Shown in pieces: positions 49,096 to 57,428 of a DNA stretch of 64,000 nt. Each line of letters opens with the position of its first letter. The first letter of the stretch is position 1. The position numbers and the translations under genes were made by a program. The notes under the pieces are model-generated. The model saw only the letters and a list, made by a program, of their open reading frames with translations. It had not been told where the DNA came from and did not search any database. Origin of the DNA: an uncultured Acidobacteriaceae bacterium. GTDB taxonomy: Bacteria; Acidobacteriota; Terriglobia; Terriglobales; Acidobacteriaceae. The stretch spans positions 301,482-365,481 of the forward strand of contig CAVVUE010000005.1 in the NCBI GenBank assembly GCA_963751285.1. Direction: 5' to 3'.

Positions 49096-49408
49096 CCGAG
49101 CCTAGCTGCCCCGATGGCGTTGTCACATCACCACCCTGGGATACATCAGTGCCCCCACCGTCACCGCAATCGCTGTGGCTCCCAACAGGACCCAAAAATC
49201 CAGCTGAAATCGAGAGCATTCTACTTAACTCCACTAGACCCATTAGGCTCCTGGATCAGCTAGCGGATTCCATATATAACGGTTCCACCTTTCCCGACCC
49301 GCAATGGTGCTCGGGACTTTGACTTCATGTACTCTCCGCCGCCATGCTCCCAAGCAATGAGCTGGCCGGGGAAACTCTCTACCGATTCCGCCAATTGCTG
49401 GGAGAAGT

Positions 49409-49702
49409 ATGGATTTTGCTGACAAGGCGCTAACTTGCATCGACTGCGGAGCCGAGTTCGTTTTTACAGCGGGCGAGCAGGTCTTCTTTCACGACAAACA
49501 ATTTACGAACATCCCGAAATATTGCAAGCCGTGCAAGGCGAAGCGCAATCTTGCTTTTCGGAAGCCAGTTCGCCCTCTTCGCCCTGAGACTAGGACAACC
49601 TGCGCGGAATGTGGATTGGGGACTACAGTTCCATTCACACCTAAGCAAGGTAGACCTGTTCTTTGCCGCAAATGTTTTCAGCGAGCGGCAGCGGCAAGCT
49701 GA
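49409..49702 (+). CDS. Double zinc-ribbon protein (zf-trcl-like)
   Basis: Four CxxC pairs (CIDC, CKPC, CAEC, CRKC), with FVFTAGEQVFFHDKQFTNIPKYCKPCKAKR typical of this small family. Confidence 0.7.
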   Translation: MDFADKALTCIDCGAEFVFTAGEQVFFHDKQFTNIPKYCKPCKAKRNLAFRKPVRPLRPETRTTCAECGLGTTVPFTPKQGRPVLCRKCFQRAAAAS

Positions 49703-49707
49703 CCTCT

Positions 49708-50295
49708 TTAGGGCTGTATCGGTAAGTGAAGGGGCGCTAGTCTTTCTTGCATGTACGGGCAATGCGGCAGACGAGCGGACAAACAGCGCATCACCGAGTT
49801 GTCAGTTTTTTTGCTGATGTCCATTTCGTTCGGACCTTCAAACGACTCGATCGTGCGGCCGGACAGCGAATCGACTTTGTCGAGCATCGCGCCGCTCAGC
49901 GGTCCGAGATTGCTGCGCGGGTCGAGAACCGCATCGAATCGAACACCGAGATGCCCCAGCTGGATCCATCTGCCGTAGAGCATGTTGTTGTAATCGGCGT
50001 TCTGCAGGTGAATGCCGTCGCGCAAATGCCTCACGCCAAGCGATTGCAATTCACGCTCAACCAGAGGAAAGTCTCCGTAAAGCCGATCGAAGTAATTCAA
50101 ATGCGTGTTCAACCCGACGCTGTTTACGAAGTCAAAGGCGGTGTGAGGCGTTTCCGGCTGGGGCGCGGCACTGGACTGCGCGGCACTTTCACGCTTGATT
50201 TCGCTATGACATGCGGTGAATGGAAGAAGAACCGATAACGCAATCATCAAGCGCAGCGCCAAGGTGATTGAGATGAAAGGGATTGTCGACAGCAT
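49708..50295 (-). pseudogene. N-terminal fragment of a secreted clan GH-A-like hydrolase
   Basis: Signal/lipoprotein-like MLSTIPFISITLALRLMIALSVLLPFTAC, then VGLNTHLNYFDRLYGDF...LGVRHLRDGIH...IESFEGPNEMD. The ORF ends about 190 aa in, directly against the zinc-ribbon gene. Confidence 0.4.
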
Positions 50296-50592
50296 CAATT
50301 CACACACCCAACCATTTGGAATGCCAAGGCGTCTAACTAGTGACCGAGCAGGTGGGCTGGCGACTGAACCGACGGACCGGACAAGTTTCCCGGTTTCGTG
50401 AGCCATCGGCCATAGGGAAGCGGCAGCCACGATATAGTTAGACTCTTTAGAAAACCTCTCCGATGCTCGGTTACGCAGATCGAAAAAAAGATTCCAACCC
50501 TGTGCTTCGCAAGCCGTTGCCTTGAACAACACTGCAAGGAAGATCCCGGTAAAGCCCAGGGGAAGCTGCCCCCGGCTTTACGGTGGAGGTTT

Positions 50593-51246
50593 ATGACCGA
50601 GATTCAGCTTGTGATTGCCGACAACCAGCCACTTACGCTCTCGGGCCTGCGCACCGCGGTGGCGGGGCAGTCGGATATCGCGGTGCTTGCGGAGTGCGCG
50701 AGTCCCGATCGATTGATGGACGCGGTACGCAAGCATTCCCCGGATGTGTTGTTGGTCAGCACAGATTTTTTCGAGGAAAAGCTGGATGCACTTGAACGCC
50801 TGGTAACGGAGATTGAGGAAACGCGCGTCGTCTTGCTGACGAACAGAAAAGATCCTGGTTTTCTCGAGGAAGCCCTGCGCTGCGGCGCCAGGGGCGTGAT
50901 CCAAAGAGAATGGCGCATCCAGCAAATCCCGGTGGCCATTCGGAAGGTCACGAACGGCGGCTTCTGGGTGGAGCGAACTGTCGCCGAACGGGTTCTCGAG
51001 AACATCCTGAATGGGCACCCTGTGGAGAATCCTGAAGCTCGCAAGATTGCATCGCTGACGCAGCGGGAGCGCGAAGTCGTCAGCTTGATCTGCCAGGGAT
51101 TCAAGAACAAGAAGATCGCTGGCACACTGCACATCAGCGAAGCGACCGTGTCGCATCATCTCACGTCGATCTATCGAAAGCTCGAGTTGGACGACAGGAT
51201 CGCGCTGGTCATCTACTCAGCAAAGCAGAGCCTGGTGACTTTCTGA
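50593..51246 (+). CDS. LuxR/NarL-family response regulator with atypical receiver domain
   Basis: HTH LTQREREVVSLICQGFKNKKIAGTLHISEATVSHHLTSIYRKLEL. The receiver shows LVIADNQP (DD to DN), PDVLLVSTDF where LLD is expected, and GVIQRE where a conserved Lys is expected. Confidence 0.8.
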   Translation: MTEIQLVIADNQPLTLSGLRTAVAGQSDIAVLAECASPDRLMDAVRKHSPDVLLVSTDFFEEKLDALERLVTEIEETRVVLLTNRKDPGFLEEALRCGARGVIQREWRIQQIPVAIRKVTNGGFWVERTVAERVLENILNGHPVENPEARKIASLTQREREVVSLICQGFKNKKIAGTLHISEATVSHHLTSIYRKLELDDRIALVIYSAKQSLVTF

Positions 51247-51486
51247 TTGCGCTTGGGTTCGCCGGGACCGGCCTTTCGCGCGATGGCTTAAAACTGCCCG
51301 TGCCCGTGACCCGACAACTCGTGAAGCGCATAAAAAGCAATCTTCCTTACAGAATCGAAGTTTGTGGCGAACAGAAAAGAACAGAGATAGAAACACAGGT
51401 AGAAGCCCGCGGTCGAGTAATTGAGAAAGTGGGTAGTGGTGTCGTTTGAAATCCACAGGGCCTCTAACCAGCGGTAGACTTGGATC

Positions 51487-51696
51487 ATGGAGAGCCGAAA
51501 GCTCCGCATTGTTAGGACCGTGCCAACCTTGCTTGGCGTCTGCGAGCGATGTAAGACTCAGTTCGCGTCGAAGCTCCCGGTTTTCCCCAAGGCTAAGGCC
51601 GAAATTACTGCCGCTTTCGATGCTCATAAATGCCTATTCCTAGATAGCAGCCAAAACGCGCTGCGGGTTGTCCGCGAAGCCACCGAAAACAAATGA
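51487..51696 (+). CDS. Small Cys/His-containing hypothetical protein (69 aa)
   Basis: MESRKLRIVRTVPTLLGVCERCKTQFASK...AAFDAHKC. Co-directional with the LuxR gene. No family assigned. Confidence 0.4.
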   Translation: MESRKLRIVRTVPTLLGVCERCKTQFASKLPVFPKAKAEITAAFDAHKCLFLDSSQNALRVVREATENK

Positions 51697-51697
51697 T

Positions 51698-51907
51698 TTA
51701 GTCTTTCGCTTCCCGAATCTGCTCTTGCATGGCCATGAAGTGCTCGTATTTGAGCAACACGGCCAGTGGCTTGTCGTTATCCTGAATCACCAGCGTCTTG
51801 TCCAGACCACGCAGTTGCGTCACGTTCAGTGCTCGCAATTTGCTGATACCTACGTGCTGCACGGTCGGGTCCAGATACGGTATCGAAACTTGGCTTGCCT
51901 TCCCCAT
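51698..51907 (-). CDS. Phd/YefM-like antitoxin candidate, no partner toxin
   Basis: From ATG 51907: ...VQHVGISKLRALNVTQLRGLDKTLVIQDNDKPLAVLLKYEHFMAMQEQIREAKD follows the Phd/YefM pattern. Flanked by the IS1 transposase stop (51916) and a plus-strand ORF. Confidence 0.5.
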   Translation of the reverse strand: MGKASQVSIPYLDPTVQHVGISKLRALNVTQLRGLDKTLVIQDNDKPLAVLLKYEHFMAMQEQIREAKD

Positions 51908-51915
51908 AAATTCTC

Positions 51916-52803
51916 CTAGGCCGTCTTTTGGAGAGCCTTCAAAAGTAGTTCTTTGTCTATCCGTTGGATTGGGTTTTCCTCGGGAATCAGACCGCACAAT
52001 TCCTCCAGCGTCCAGATGTGATCTGTCAGCCCTGCTTCCATCGCTGGCGTGACGCGAAGCGTCTTGTGGACACGGCAGAAGTTGTAGTGAAAGAAGTACA
52101 CCGCGATCTGATACGCGTGGTTTTCAAACTTCTTGCTGAAACCGTTGGTCAGGCGCGTAAAGCGCCGCATCCCCATTCGCATGGAGAGATTCTGGCGCTC
52201 CACATAGGACGTACTGACATGCTCTGGATCGGGATCACCGCTTACCACCTTCATGTCAGTCCCGATGCATTTCGCCGGGGAGTAACGGCGCTGATCGGCA
52301 TCGGTCGGAGCGCCGTAAATCTTCTGTAATTGTGCATAGTCCACGTCACCGCCGAACGCCCCTTCCACGGCTTGCAGATAAGCTTTGTGAGCGTCCGTAG
52401 TAAGCTGGACGCGCCCCTTGATGCGCTCTGCGCAATCCTGCATGAAGTCGTAGGCCCATCCCGCATCACGACCCCCGACAAGATAGCCCACACACAGCTT
52501 CGTGTCAGCATCAATCGCCGTCCAGGTCCAAACGTCTCCCCATCCCTCCGCAACCTTCTCTTCGCTGACGTTCTTCATCTTCGCCCCTACAAAAGACCAG
52601 ATTTCATCGCACTGCAAACGGCGCACGCGCAAATTGCGGACATACCGATCATGGAACTTCGCGCAGGCGATACCGGCATCTTCGAGCAGACGGAGAATGG
52701 TATGTTTGCCAACTCCAAGCATTCGGCACGTCGCGTTAATGGAGTTTCCTTCGACCAAAGCCCCTATCACCTGTGCCCTTTTTGCTATGCTCAAGCGGTT
52801 CAT
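51916..52803 (-). CDS. IS1-family transposase (single-ORF type); IS ends not resolved
   Basis: MNRLSIAKRAQVIGALVEGNSINATCRMLGV (HTH), QCDEIWSFVGAK, WTWTAIDADTKL, TTDAHKAYLQAV, YVERQNLSMRMGMRRFTRLTNGFSKKFENH, FFHYNFCRVHKTL. Confidence 0.8.
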   Translation of the reverse strand: MNRLSIAKRAQVIGALVEGNSINATCRMLGVGKHTILRLLEDAGIACAKFHDRYVRNLRVRRLQCDEIWSFVGAKMKNVSEEKVAEGWGDVWTWTAIDADTKLCVGYLVGGRDAGWAYDFMQDCAERIKGRVQLTTDAHKAYLQAVEGAFGGDVDYAQLQKIYGAPTDADQRRYSPAKCIGTDMKVVSGDPDPEHVSTSYVERQNLSMRMGMRRFTRLTNGFSKKFENHAYQIAVYFFHYNFCRVHKTLRVTPAMEAGLTDHIWTLEELCGLIPEENPIQRIDKELLLKALQKTA

Positions 52804-52940
52804 GTCTGCCCCTATACTGCCTATATTACGGCAATATAGAGGCTATTGTCAAGCACTATTTTGTCTTTTCATTGCCAATCTCACGAATTGAGATGTAGAC
52901 TATTTCACAAATCGCAATTCCTCCACAGCAGGCCAAATAG

Positions 52941-53816
52941 ATGAGAAACCACCTCATTGCTTTCTCTCTTGCTTTAATGTTCGCGTCGTCTTCGCCGGTT
53001 GCTGATCCAATTCGGCTGTCGCTCGAAGCAGAGAGTCGAAAATGGTTCTTCTGGCTTCTGATCGCTGGAGCGGTGGTCGCATTAGGATGCATTCTCGAAA
53101 TTCCCGAGACGAGATTTAGCCTGATGCAGTGGTGGAGGCAGAAACGAGGCCGCCCACTAAAAGAAGAGAATCCGACAAGTTGGCGTATTCCCGCCGCGTC
53201 CGTGGGGCTCCTTTTGGTCATCGTCGGCGTCGTTGGCGAGGTTGTGTTTGAGGGGCTGGTTTCCAATGCTGATACCAAGCTGAGAACGCATGAATCCGAT
53301 GTGCTTTCCCTTGCAGAAACTACAGCAGGCCAAGCGAACGAACGCGCCTCTAAGAACGAGAAGGAGGCAGCGCGATTGAGAAAAGAGGCAGAGGACGAGC
53401 GGATGGCCCGCGTGAAATTGCAGGAGCAATTGCAATGGAGATACCTATCTAAAGAGCAGAAAGAAGCAATGACGAAAGTGCTTAAAACTGCACCGGGCTC
53501 AGAAGTTAATGTTTGGATGATTGCAGACGGGGGCGAAGCGCAAGGATACGGCGACGACTTTGTATACGCCCTGGAAGATTCGGGCTGGAAAGTACACGTC
53601 AAGAACGGCATTGGGATTCGATTACTTCCATCAATTTGTGTCCATGATGGCCTAGATCGATCAACTGCCATACTCAACAAAGCACTAGATGCGGCACATA
53701 TCGGCCATTGCCAGGTTGGAGGAGATCCGCTACGCATCGGCAGTGCGGGAACGGAACTGTGGATTGGGCCAAAACTCCCGCCTACACCTGAACGCCGCGT
53801 AGCTCCCGAGAACTGA
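52941..53816 (+). CDS. Hypothetical membrane-anchored coiled-coil protein
   Basis: TM segments WFFWLLIAGAVVALGCILEI and SVGLLLVIVGVVGEVVF, coiled-coil NERASKNEKEAARLRKEAEDERMARVKLQEQLQ, then a globular tail (VNVWMIADGGEAQGYGDDFVYALEDSGWKV). Confidence 0.6.
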   Translation: MRNHLIAFSLALMFASSSPVADPIRLSLEAESRKWFFWLLIAGAVVALGCILEIPETRFSLMQWWRQKRGRPLKEENPTSWRIPAASVGLLLVIVGVVGEVVFEGLVSNADTKLRTHESDVLSLAETTAGQANERASKNEKEAARLRKEAEDERMARVKLQEQLQWRYLSKEQKEAMTKVLKTAPGSEVNVWMIADGGEAQGYGDDFVYALEDSGWKVHVKNGIGIRLLPSICVHDGLDRSTAILNKALDAAHIGHCQVGGDPLRIGSAGTELWIGPKLPPTPERRVAPEN

Positions 53817-54047
53817 CTGGTTACTGCATGTTGAGTGAAATGGACTGAAAGAGCATGGCGGATCAAATGCCAGCAAATCCAGATGGAAACCGCGATGATA
53901 CCGCATCGAACGGCAAAGCCGGTTATAGTTTGACAGCACCCAAAACTAGCCCAAGCGGCAACGGCGAGCACGGCAAAAAGAACCGCTGTCCCGAATTCTG
54001 CGAGAGGTACAAGATGAAAAGGAAATGGGCGAAATTTAGAAGACACG

Positions 54048-54058
54048 CCCCCCAATGG
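54048..54058. repeat. Left copy of direct repeat CCCCCCAATGG flanking IS256
   Basis: Identical 11-mer at 55549-55559. IS256-type elements make 8-9-bp duplications, so part of the 11 bp may belong to the IS termini. Confidence 0.8.
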
Positions 54059-55548
54059 TAGTGTGCGGGATTTTGTGTAAACGCCGTTCCTGATGGTTGT
54101 TGTCCCGAGCAGAGTTTTTCTTTCTTTTCCTTCGCCCCGGACATTTGGATTATTGGGCCGGCGAGGACCGCAGTCAAGGCCTTGCCGCGTCAGCGGTCGG
54201 AGCGCAGCGAAGAGCCTTGACGGCGGCCGCAGTCGGCCGTATCGAAGATCATCCGGGGCGAAGGAAGACGATGCTATGTCCCTATGGCCACGCGGATGCG
54301 ATCTTCCCACAGTAGGGTGAAGCAATTCAGCGCCGCCTTCCAGTGGATCGAGTGTTCCCACTTGCGGATCACGTTTCGTAGTGCCAGATACATCACCTTC
54401 AGCGCCGCTTCTTCGCTGGGGAAGGCCACGCGGGGCTTCAGGGCCTTGCGCAGGCTCATGTTCAGCGATTCGACTGCGTTGGTCGTGTAGATCACCTTGC
54501 GGATTTCCGCCGGGAAGGCAAAGAACGGAATCACCTGCGGCCACTGCCTGCGCCACAGCGCCGCGATGGGAGCATACCGGCTGTCCCATTGCGCGGCGAA
54601 TTGCGCGAGCCGTTGTTCGGCTTCTTCGGCGGTCGAGGCCCGGTAGACCGTCTTCAGATCCGCGGCCACCTGCTTGCGTTCCTTCCAGTTGACGTAGTTC
54701 AGGCTGGCCCGCACCAGATGCACAATGCAGGTCTGCACCTGGGCCTGGGGAAAGATCGCTTCGATGGCTTGAGGAAAGCCCTTCAGCCCGTCCACGCAGG
54801 CGATGAAGATGTCCTTCACTCCGCGATTGCGCAATTCGGTCAGCACCTGCAGCCAGAACTTGGCGCCCTCGTTGGCGCTCGTCCACAACCCCAGAACATC
54901 CTTGTGGCCTTCCAGATCGATGCCTACGGCCACGTACACGGCGCGGTTCTCCACCCGCCCTTCGTGCCGCATCTTGACCATCAGCGCATCCAGAAACAGG
55001 ATCGGATACAACGGCTCCAGCGGGCGGCTCTGCCACTCCTTCAGTTCCTCGATCACCGCATCGGTGACTGCGGAAATCAACGACGGCGACACTTCCGCGC
55101 CATAGATCTCCTCCAGATGGCCCTGGATCTCGCGTGTCGTCATGCCCCGCGCGTACAGCGACAAGATCTTGTCGTCGAAACCCGTGAAGCGGCGCTGGTG
55201 AGGAGCCACAATCTGGGGCGTGAACGTGCCATTACGGTCGCGCGGCACTTCGATCTCCGCTTCCCCGAAATCGCCCTTCAGCTTCTTACGGCTGGTACCA
55301 TTGCGTGAGTTGCCACTACCCCGACCCGAGCGCTCGTGCTTTTCGTAACCCAGGTGGTGGGTCAGCTCGGCGCTCAACGCCCGTTCCACCAGTGCCTTGG
55401 TCAGCTGCTTCAGCAAACCCTGCTCGCCGATCAGGTCCTCTGGACCCTTGTAGTCGGCCAGCAACTTGTCGATTAGCTCTTTATCGATTCCCATCTGTTC
55501 CCCTCCAGTATCGAGGAACAGACGCTTACACAAAAATCAAAACACCCT
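54059..55548 (-). mobile_element. IS256-family insertion sequence, intact
   Basis: Imperfect terminal inverted repeats of about 35-40 bp: TAGTGTGCGGGATTTTGTGTAAACGCCGTTCCTGATGG against the reverse complement of CCAGTATCGAGGAACAGACGCTTACACAAAAATCAAAACACCCT. Flanked by the direct repeat. Confidence 0.85.
54274..55494 (-). CDS. IS256-family (mutator-type) transposase
   Basis: MGIDKELIDKLLADYKGPEDLIGEQGLLKQLTKALVERALSAELTHHLGYEKHE...; LYPILFLDALMVKMR; IACVDGLKGFPQAIEAIFPQAQVQTCIVHLVR; TTNAVESLN. Confidence 0.9.
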   Translation of the reverse strand: MGIDKELIDKLLADYKGPEDLIGEQGLLKQLTKALVERALSAELTHHLGYEKHERSGRGSGNSRNGTSRKKLKGDFGEAEIEVPRDRNGTFTPQIVAPHQRRFTGFDDKILSLYARGMTTREIQGHLEEIYGAEVSPSLISAVTDAVIEELKEWQSRPLEPLYPILFLDALMVKMRHEGRVENRAVYVAVGIDLEGHKDVLGLWTSANEGAKFWLQVLTELRNRGVKDIFIACVDGLKGFPQAIEAIFPQAQVQTCIVHLVRASLNYVNWKERKQVAADLKTVYRASTAEEAEQRLAQFAAQWDSRYAPIAALWRRQWPQVIPFFAFPAEIRKVIYTTNAVESLNMSLRKALKPRVAFPSEEAALKVMYLALRNVIRKWEHSIHWKAALNCFTLLWEDRIRVAIGT

Positions 55549-55559
55549 CCCCCCAATGG
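55549..55559. repeat. Right copy of direct repeat CCCCCCAATGG flanking IS256
   Basis: See 54048-54058. Confidence 0.8.
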
Positions 55560-56140
55560 ATTGAAGCGGGCTGCGCTGTCGCCCTGATTATCATCACCGG
55601 CTTCTACACTTATTACGCCTCTCAACAAGCTTGCCTGCTGTGAAAGTCTGTTGAAGACAACCGAAAAGCGATGGCCCTCGACGAAAGAGCATGGGTAGCG
55701 GCTTATGAGTTCATTCCGACTGAACGCGAGATAAAGAAGGGATTCAGCATTCTCGGAGCATCGGTTCATTACCGCAATTCCGGGAAAACCCCTGCCATAA
55801 GAGGTGCCTCCTATATCAACCAAACGCAGAGTCTTGACAATATTCCAGAGCAAGACACAAAGCCTACCGCTGGGAAGAGTCCAACTTTCCTTTTGGCCCC
55901 TAACGGCATCAATACCGCGAGTATCTGGCTCAGTGATGCTTCTGCAGCCGCACTCAATGCTCATCAACGTGGCGCTTTTGTTTACGGGACCATTTGGTAT
56001 ATCGATATTTTTCAGAAAGACCATTGGTCTCAGTTCTGCGCTGAGGTCTTTCGCAACAAGACTGAGGGCATCACATTTATCGCCTGTCCCAAGCACAATA
56101 CTTCCGATGACGCACAGAAATAGTATGTGCCTCAATCTTT

Positions 56141-56857
56141 CTAATGCCGACGCAACGCCGAAAGCTGAAGCAAAGAAGAGTAAGCAAGCCGGAAGCAACC
56201 AACCTGCCAACCACCGACCATGTGCAAATCGAACGGCACCATTACCAGAAAGTGAAGCGGCTGGCGGGAAACCCATTGGCGCAGCTTGACGACCTTGCTA
56301 AGCCCACCAAATCCGATGCCGATCGCTGCTCCGACCAGAACATCGGTCGGAAAGTGCTCCCCGAGATACACCAACGGCAAACAGACGACGAACAGGGCGT
56401 GGCAGTAGGCCAGAACACCGACCTTCCAGGAGACCAGAAAGATGGCCGTGGCCAGTGCAAAGTACAAAACGGCATGGTCGCTCGGGAATGAGCTCCAGCG
56501 AATCAGGTCGTAGTAGTATTCAGCGGTCCCATGCGGCGGTTTGAAATGCAGATCGGCATTGAGATAAGGCCGCGCGCGGAAAGGCAACAAAGCCGCTAGC
56601 CCTCGGGCAACAAATAAGGCTACAAACGCTGCGGCCAAGCCGCCGATCAAGATTTCTCTCACCGTTTCTCTGGTTTTGCCTTCGGCAAACCACGCCCACC
56701 AAAAGAAGCTTGTCGCCACTCCGCCGGTGACGAAGGGGTCAGTGGAAACGAACACCATGGTTTTGTCGAACACCCAGGATCTTTGAGCAAACTGATTCAG
56801 GAAGTGCAGAATGCTGGTATCGAAGGCATCAACCATCGTGATCTTCATCCTCCGCAC
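56141..56857 (-). CDS. PAP2-superfamily membrane phosphatase
   Basis: RARPY, SFPSDHAV and GEHFPTDVLVGAAIG correspond to the three PAP2 motifs. Several TM segments are present. Confidence 0.75.
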   Translation of the reverse strand: MRRMKITMVDAFDTSILHFLNQFAQRSWVFDKTMVFVSTDPFVTGGVATSFFWWAWFAEGKTRETVREILIGGLAAAFVALFVARGLAALLPFRARPYLNADLHFKPPHGTAEYYYDLIRWSSFPSDHAVLYFALATAIFLVSWKVGVLAYCHALFVVCLPLVYLGEHFPTDVLVGAAIGIGFGGLSKVVKLRQWVSRQPLHFLVMVPFDLHMVGGWQVGCFRLAYSSLLQLSALRRH

Positions 56858-57061
56858 TGCGAACCTGTCCTGCTTCAGTCGGACTCAAGGCAAGAAATCG
56901 TCTCTTAAGGAACTGGTGATTGCAAAACACTTGTGTGATGCATGGAGCGGAAAACTAGCTGTCCAGGCGATAAAAATTCGTCAAGAACAGGCTCGAGGTT
57001 CGGAGCGCGAAGTAGCGCGCAATCTGGGGTTGATTTGAAGAAGCGCGGCGCTTTGACCCGA

Positions 57062-57123
57062 ACATGACAGGTTCCATTGCGCAGGCTGTCATGTGTTGAT
57101 CTATCCTGAAGTTGGGGTATAAT
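57062..57123 (+). promoter_or_regulatory. Candidate promoter with upstream 9-bp inverted repeat for the DUF6922-like/AbiEii pair
   Basis: ACATGACAG (57062-57070) and CTGTCATGT (57086-57094) form a perfect inverted repeat. TTGATC (57096-57101), 16 nt, then TATAAT (57118-57123). The ATG at 57133 lies only about 10 nt after the -10 box. Confidence 0.4.
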
Positions 57124-57132
57124 GGTAACTGT

Positions 57133-57399
57133 ATGATTCCCAGTAACTTACGATCACTTTTTTGGGATACGAACCTGGAAACCTTCTTCCCCGAAGCCTA
57201 TCCTGACTACACGATCTTCCGGGTGTTGGAATTAGGCGACGAAGCTGCAGTAAAGTGGCTGCGGCATACATTCGCTGAGGCCGAAATCCGCCGAGTGCTC
57301 CGAACTGAACATCGCCTCACTCTGAAATCGGCCAATTTTTGGGCTCTGGTGTATGGAATTCCATCTGGAGAGGTTGCGGCCTTGAATGGCAGCCGCTGA
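57133..57399 (+). CDS. DUF6922-like small protein (putative cognate partner of the AbiEii-type nucleotidyltransferase)
   Basis: MIPSNLRSLFWDTNLETFFPEAYPDYTIFRVLELGDEAAVKWLRHTF...KSANFWALVYGI. I recall this pattern from small genes placed just upstream of AbiEii-family genes; the family name is from memory. Confidence 0.55.
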   Translation: MIPSNLRSLFWDTNLETFFPEAYPDYTIFRVLELGDEAAVKWLRHTFAEAEIRRVLRTEHRLTLKSANFWALVYGIPSGEVAALNGSR

Positions 57400-57428
57400 C
57401 CATCACTTTCTTAGCGAAGGAAGTAGCC

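Larger units (their letters stand above)
54014..56123 (+). pseudogene. Membrane-anchored hypothetical protein gene, split by IS256 and carrying an in-frame TGA
   Basis: Removing 54059-55559 joins MKRKWAKFRRHAPQW to IEAGCAVALIIITGFYTYYASQQACLL-TGA(55644-55646)-KSVEDNRKAMALDERAWVAAYEF...NSGKTPAIRG...FVYGTIWYIDIFQKDHWSQFCAEVF in one frame. Confidence 0.6.

Noticed and set aside
52856-55036. A 726-aa minus-strand ORF spanning the coiled-coil gene, the intergenic region and part of IS256.
   Set aside because: It runs antisense to a well-formed gene (52941-53816), crosses the IS256 terminus and reads the transposase gene out of frame. The translation is Arg/Ser/Pro-rich and low-complexity with no recognisable domain. 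It is a GC-driven open frame.
55473-56276. A 267-aa minus-strand ORF overlapping 55671-56123.
   Set aside because: The plus-strand reading matches a recognisable family layout (RAWV…GKTPA…YGxIxYxDxF…FC) and is continuous with the IS-split 5' part. The minus-strand product has no features.
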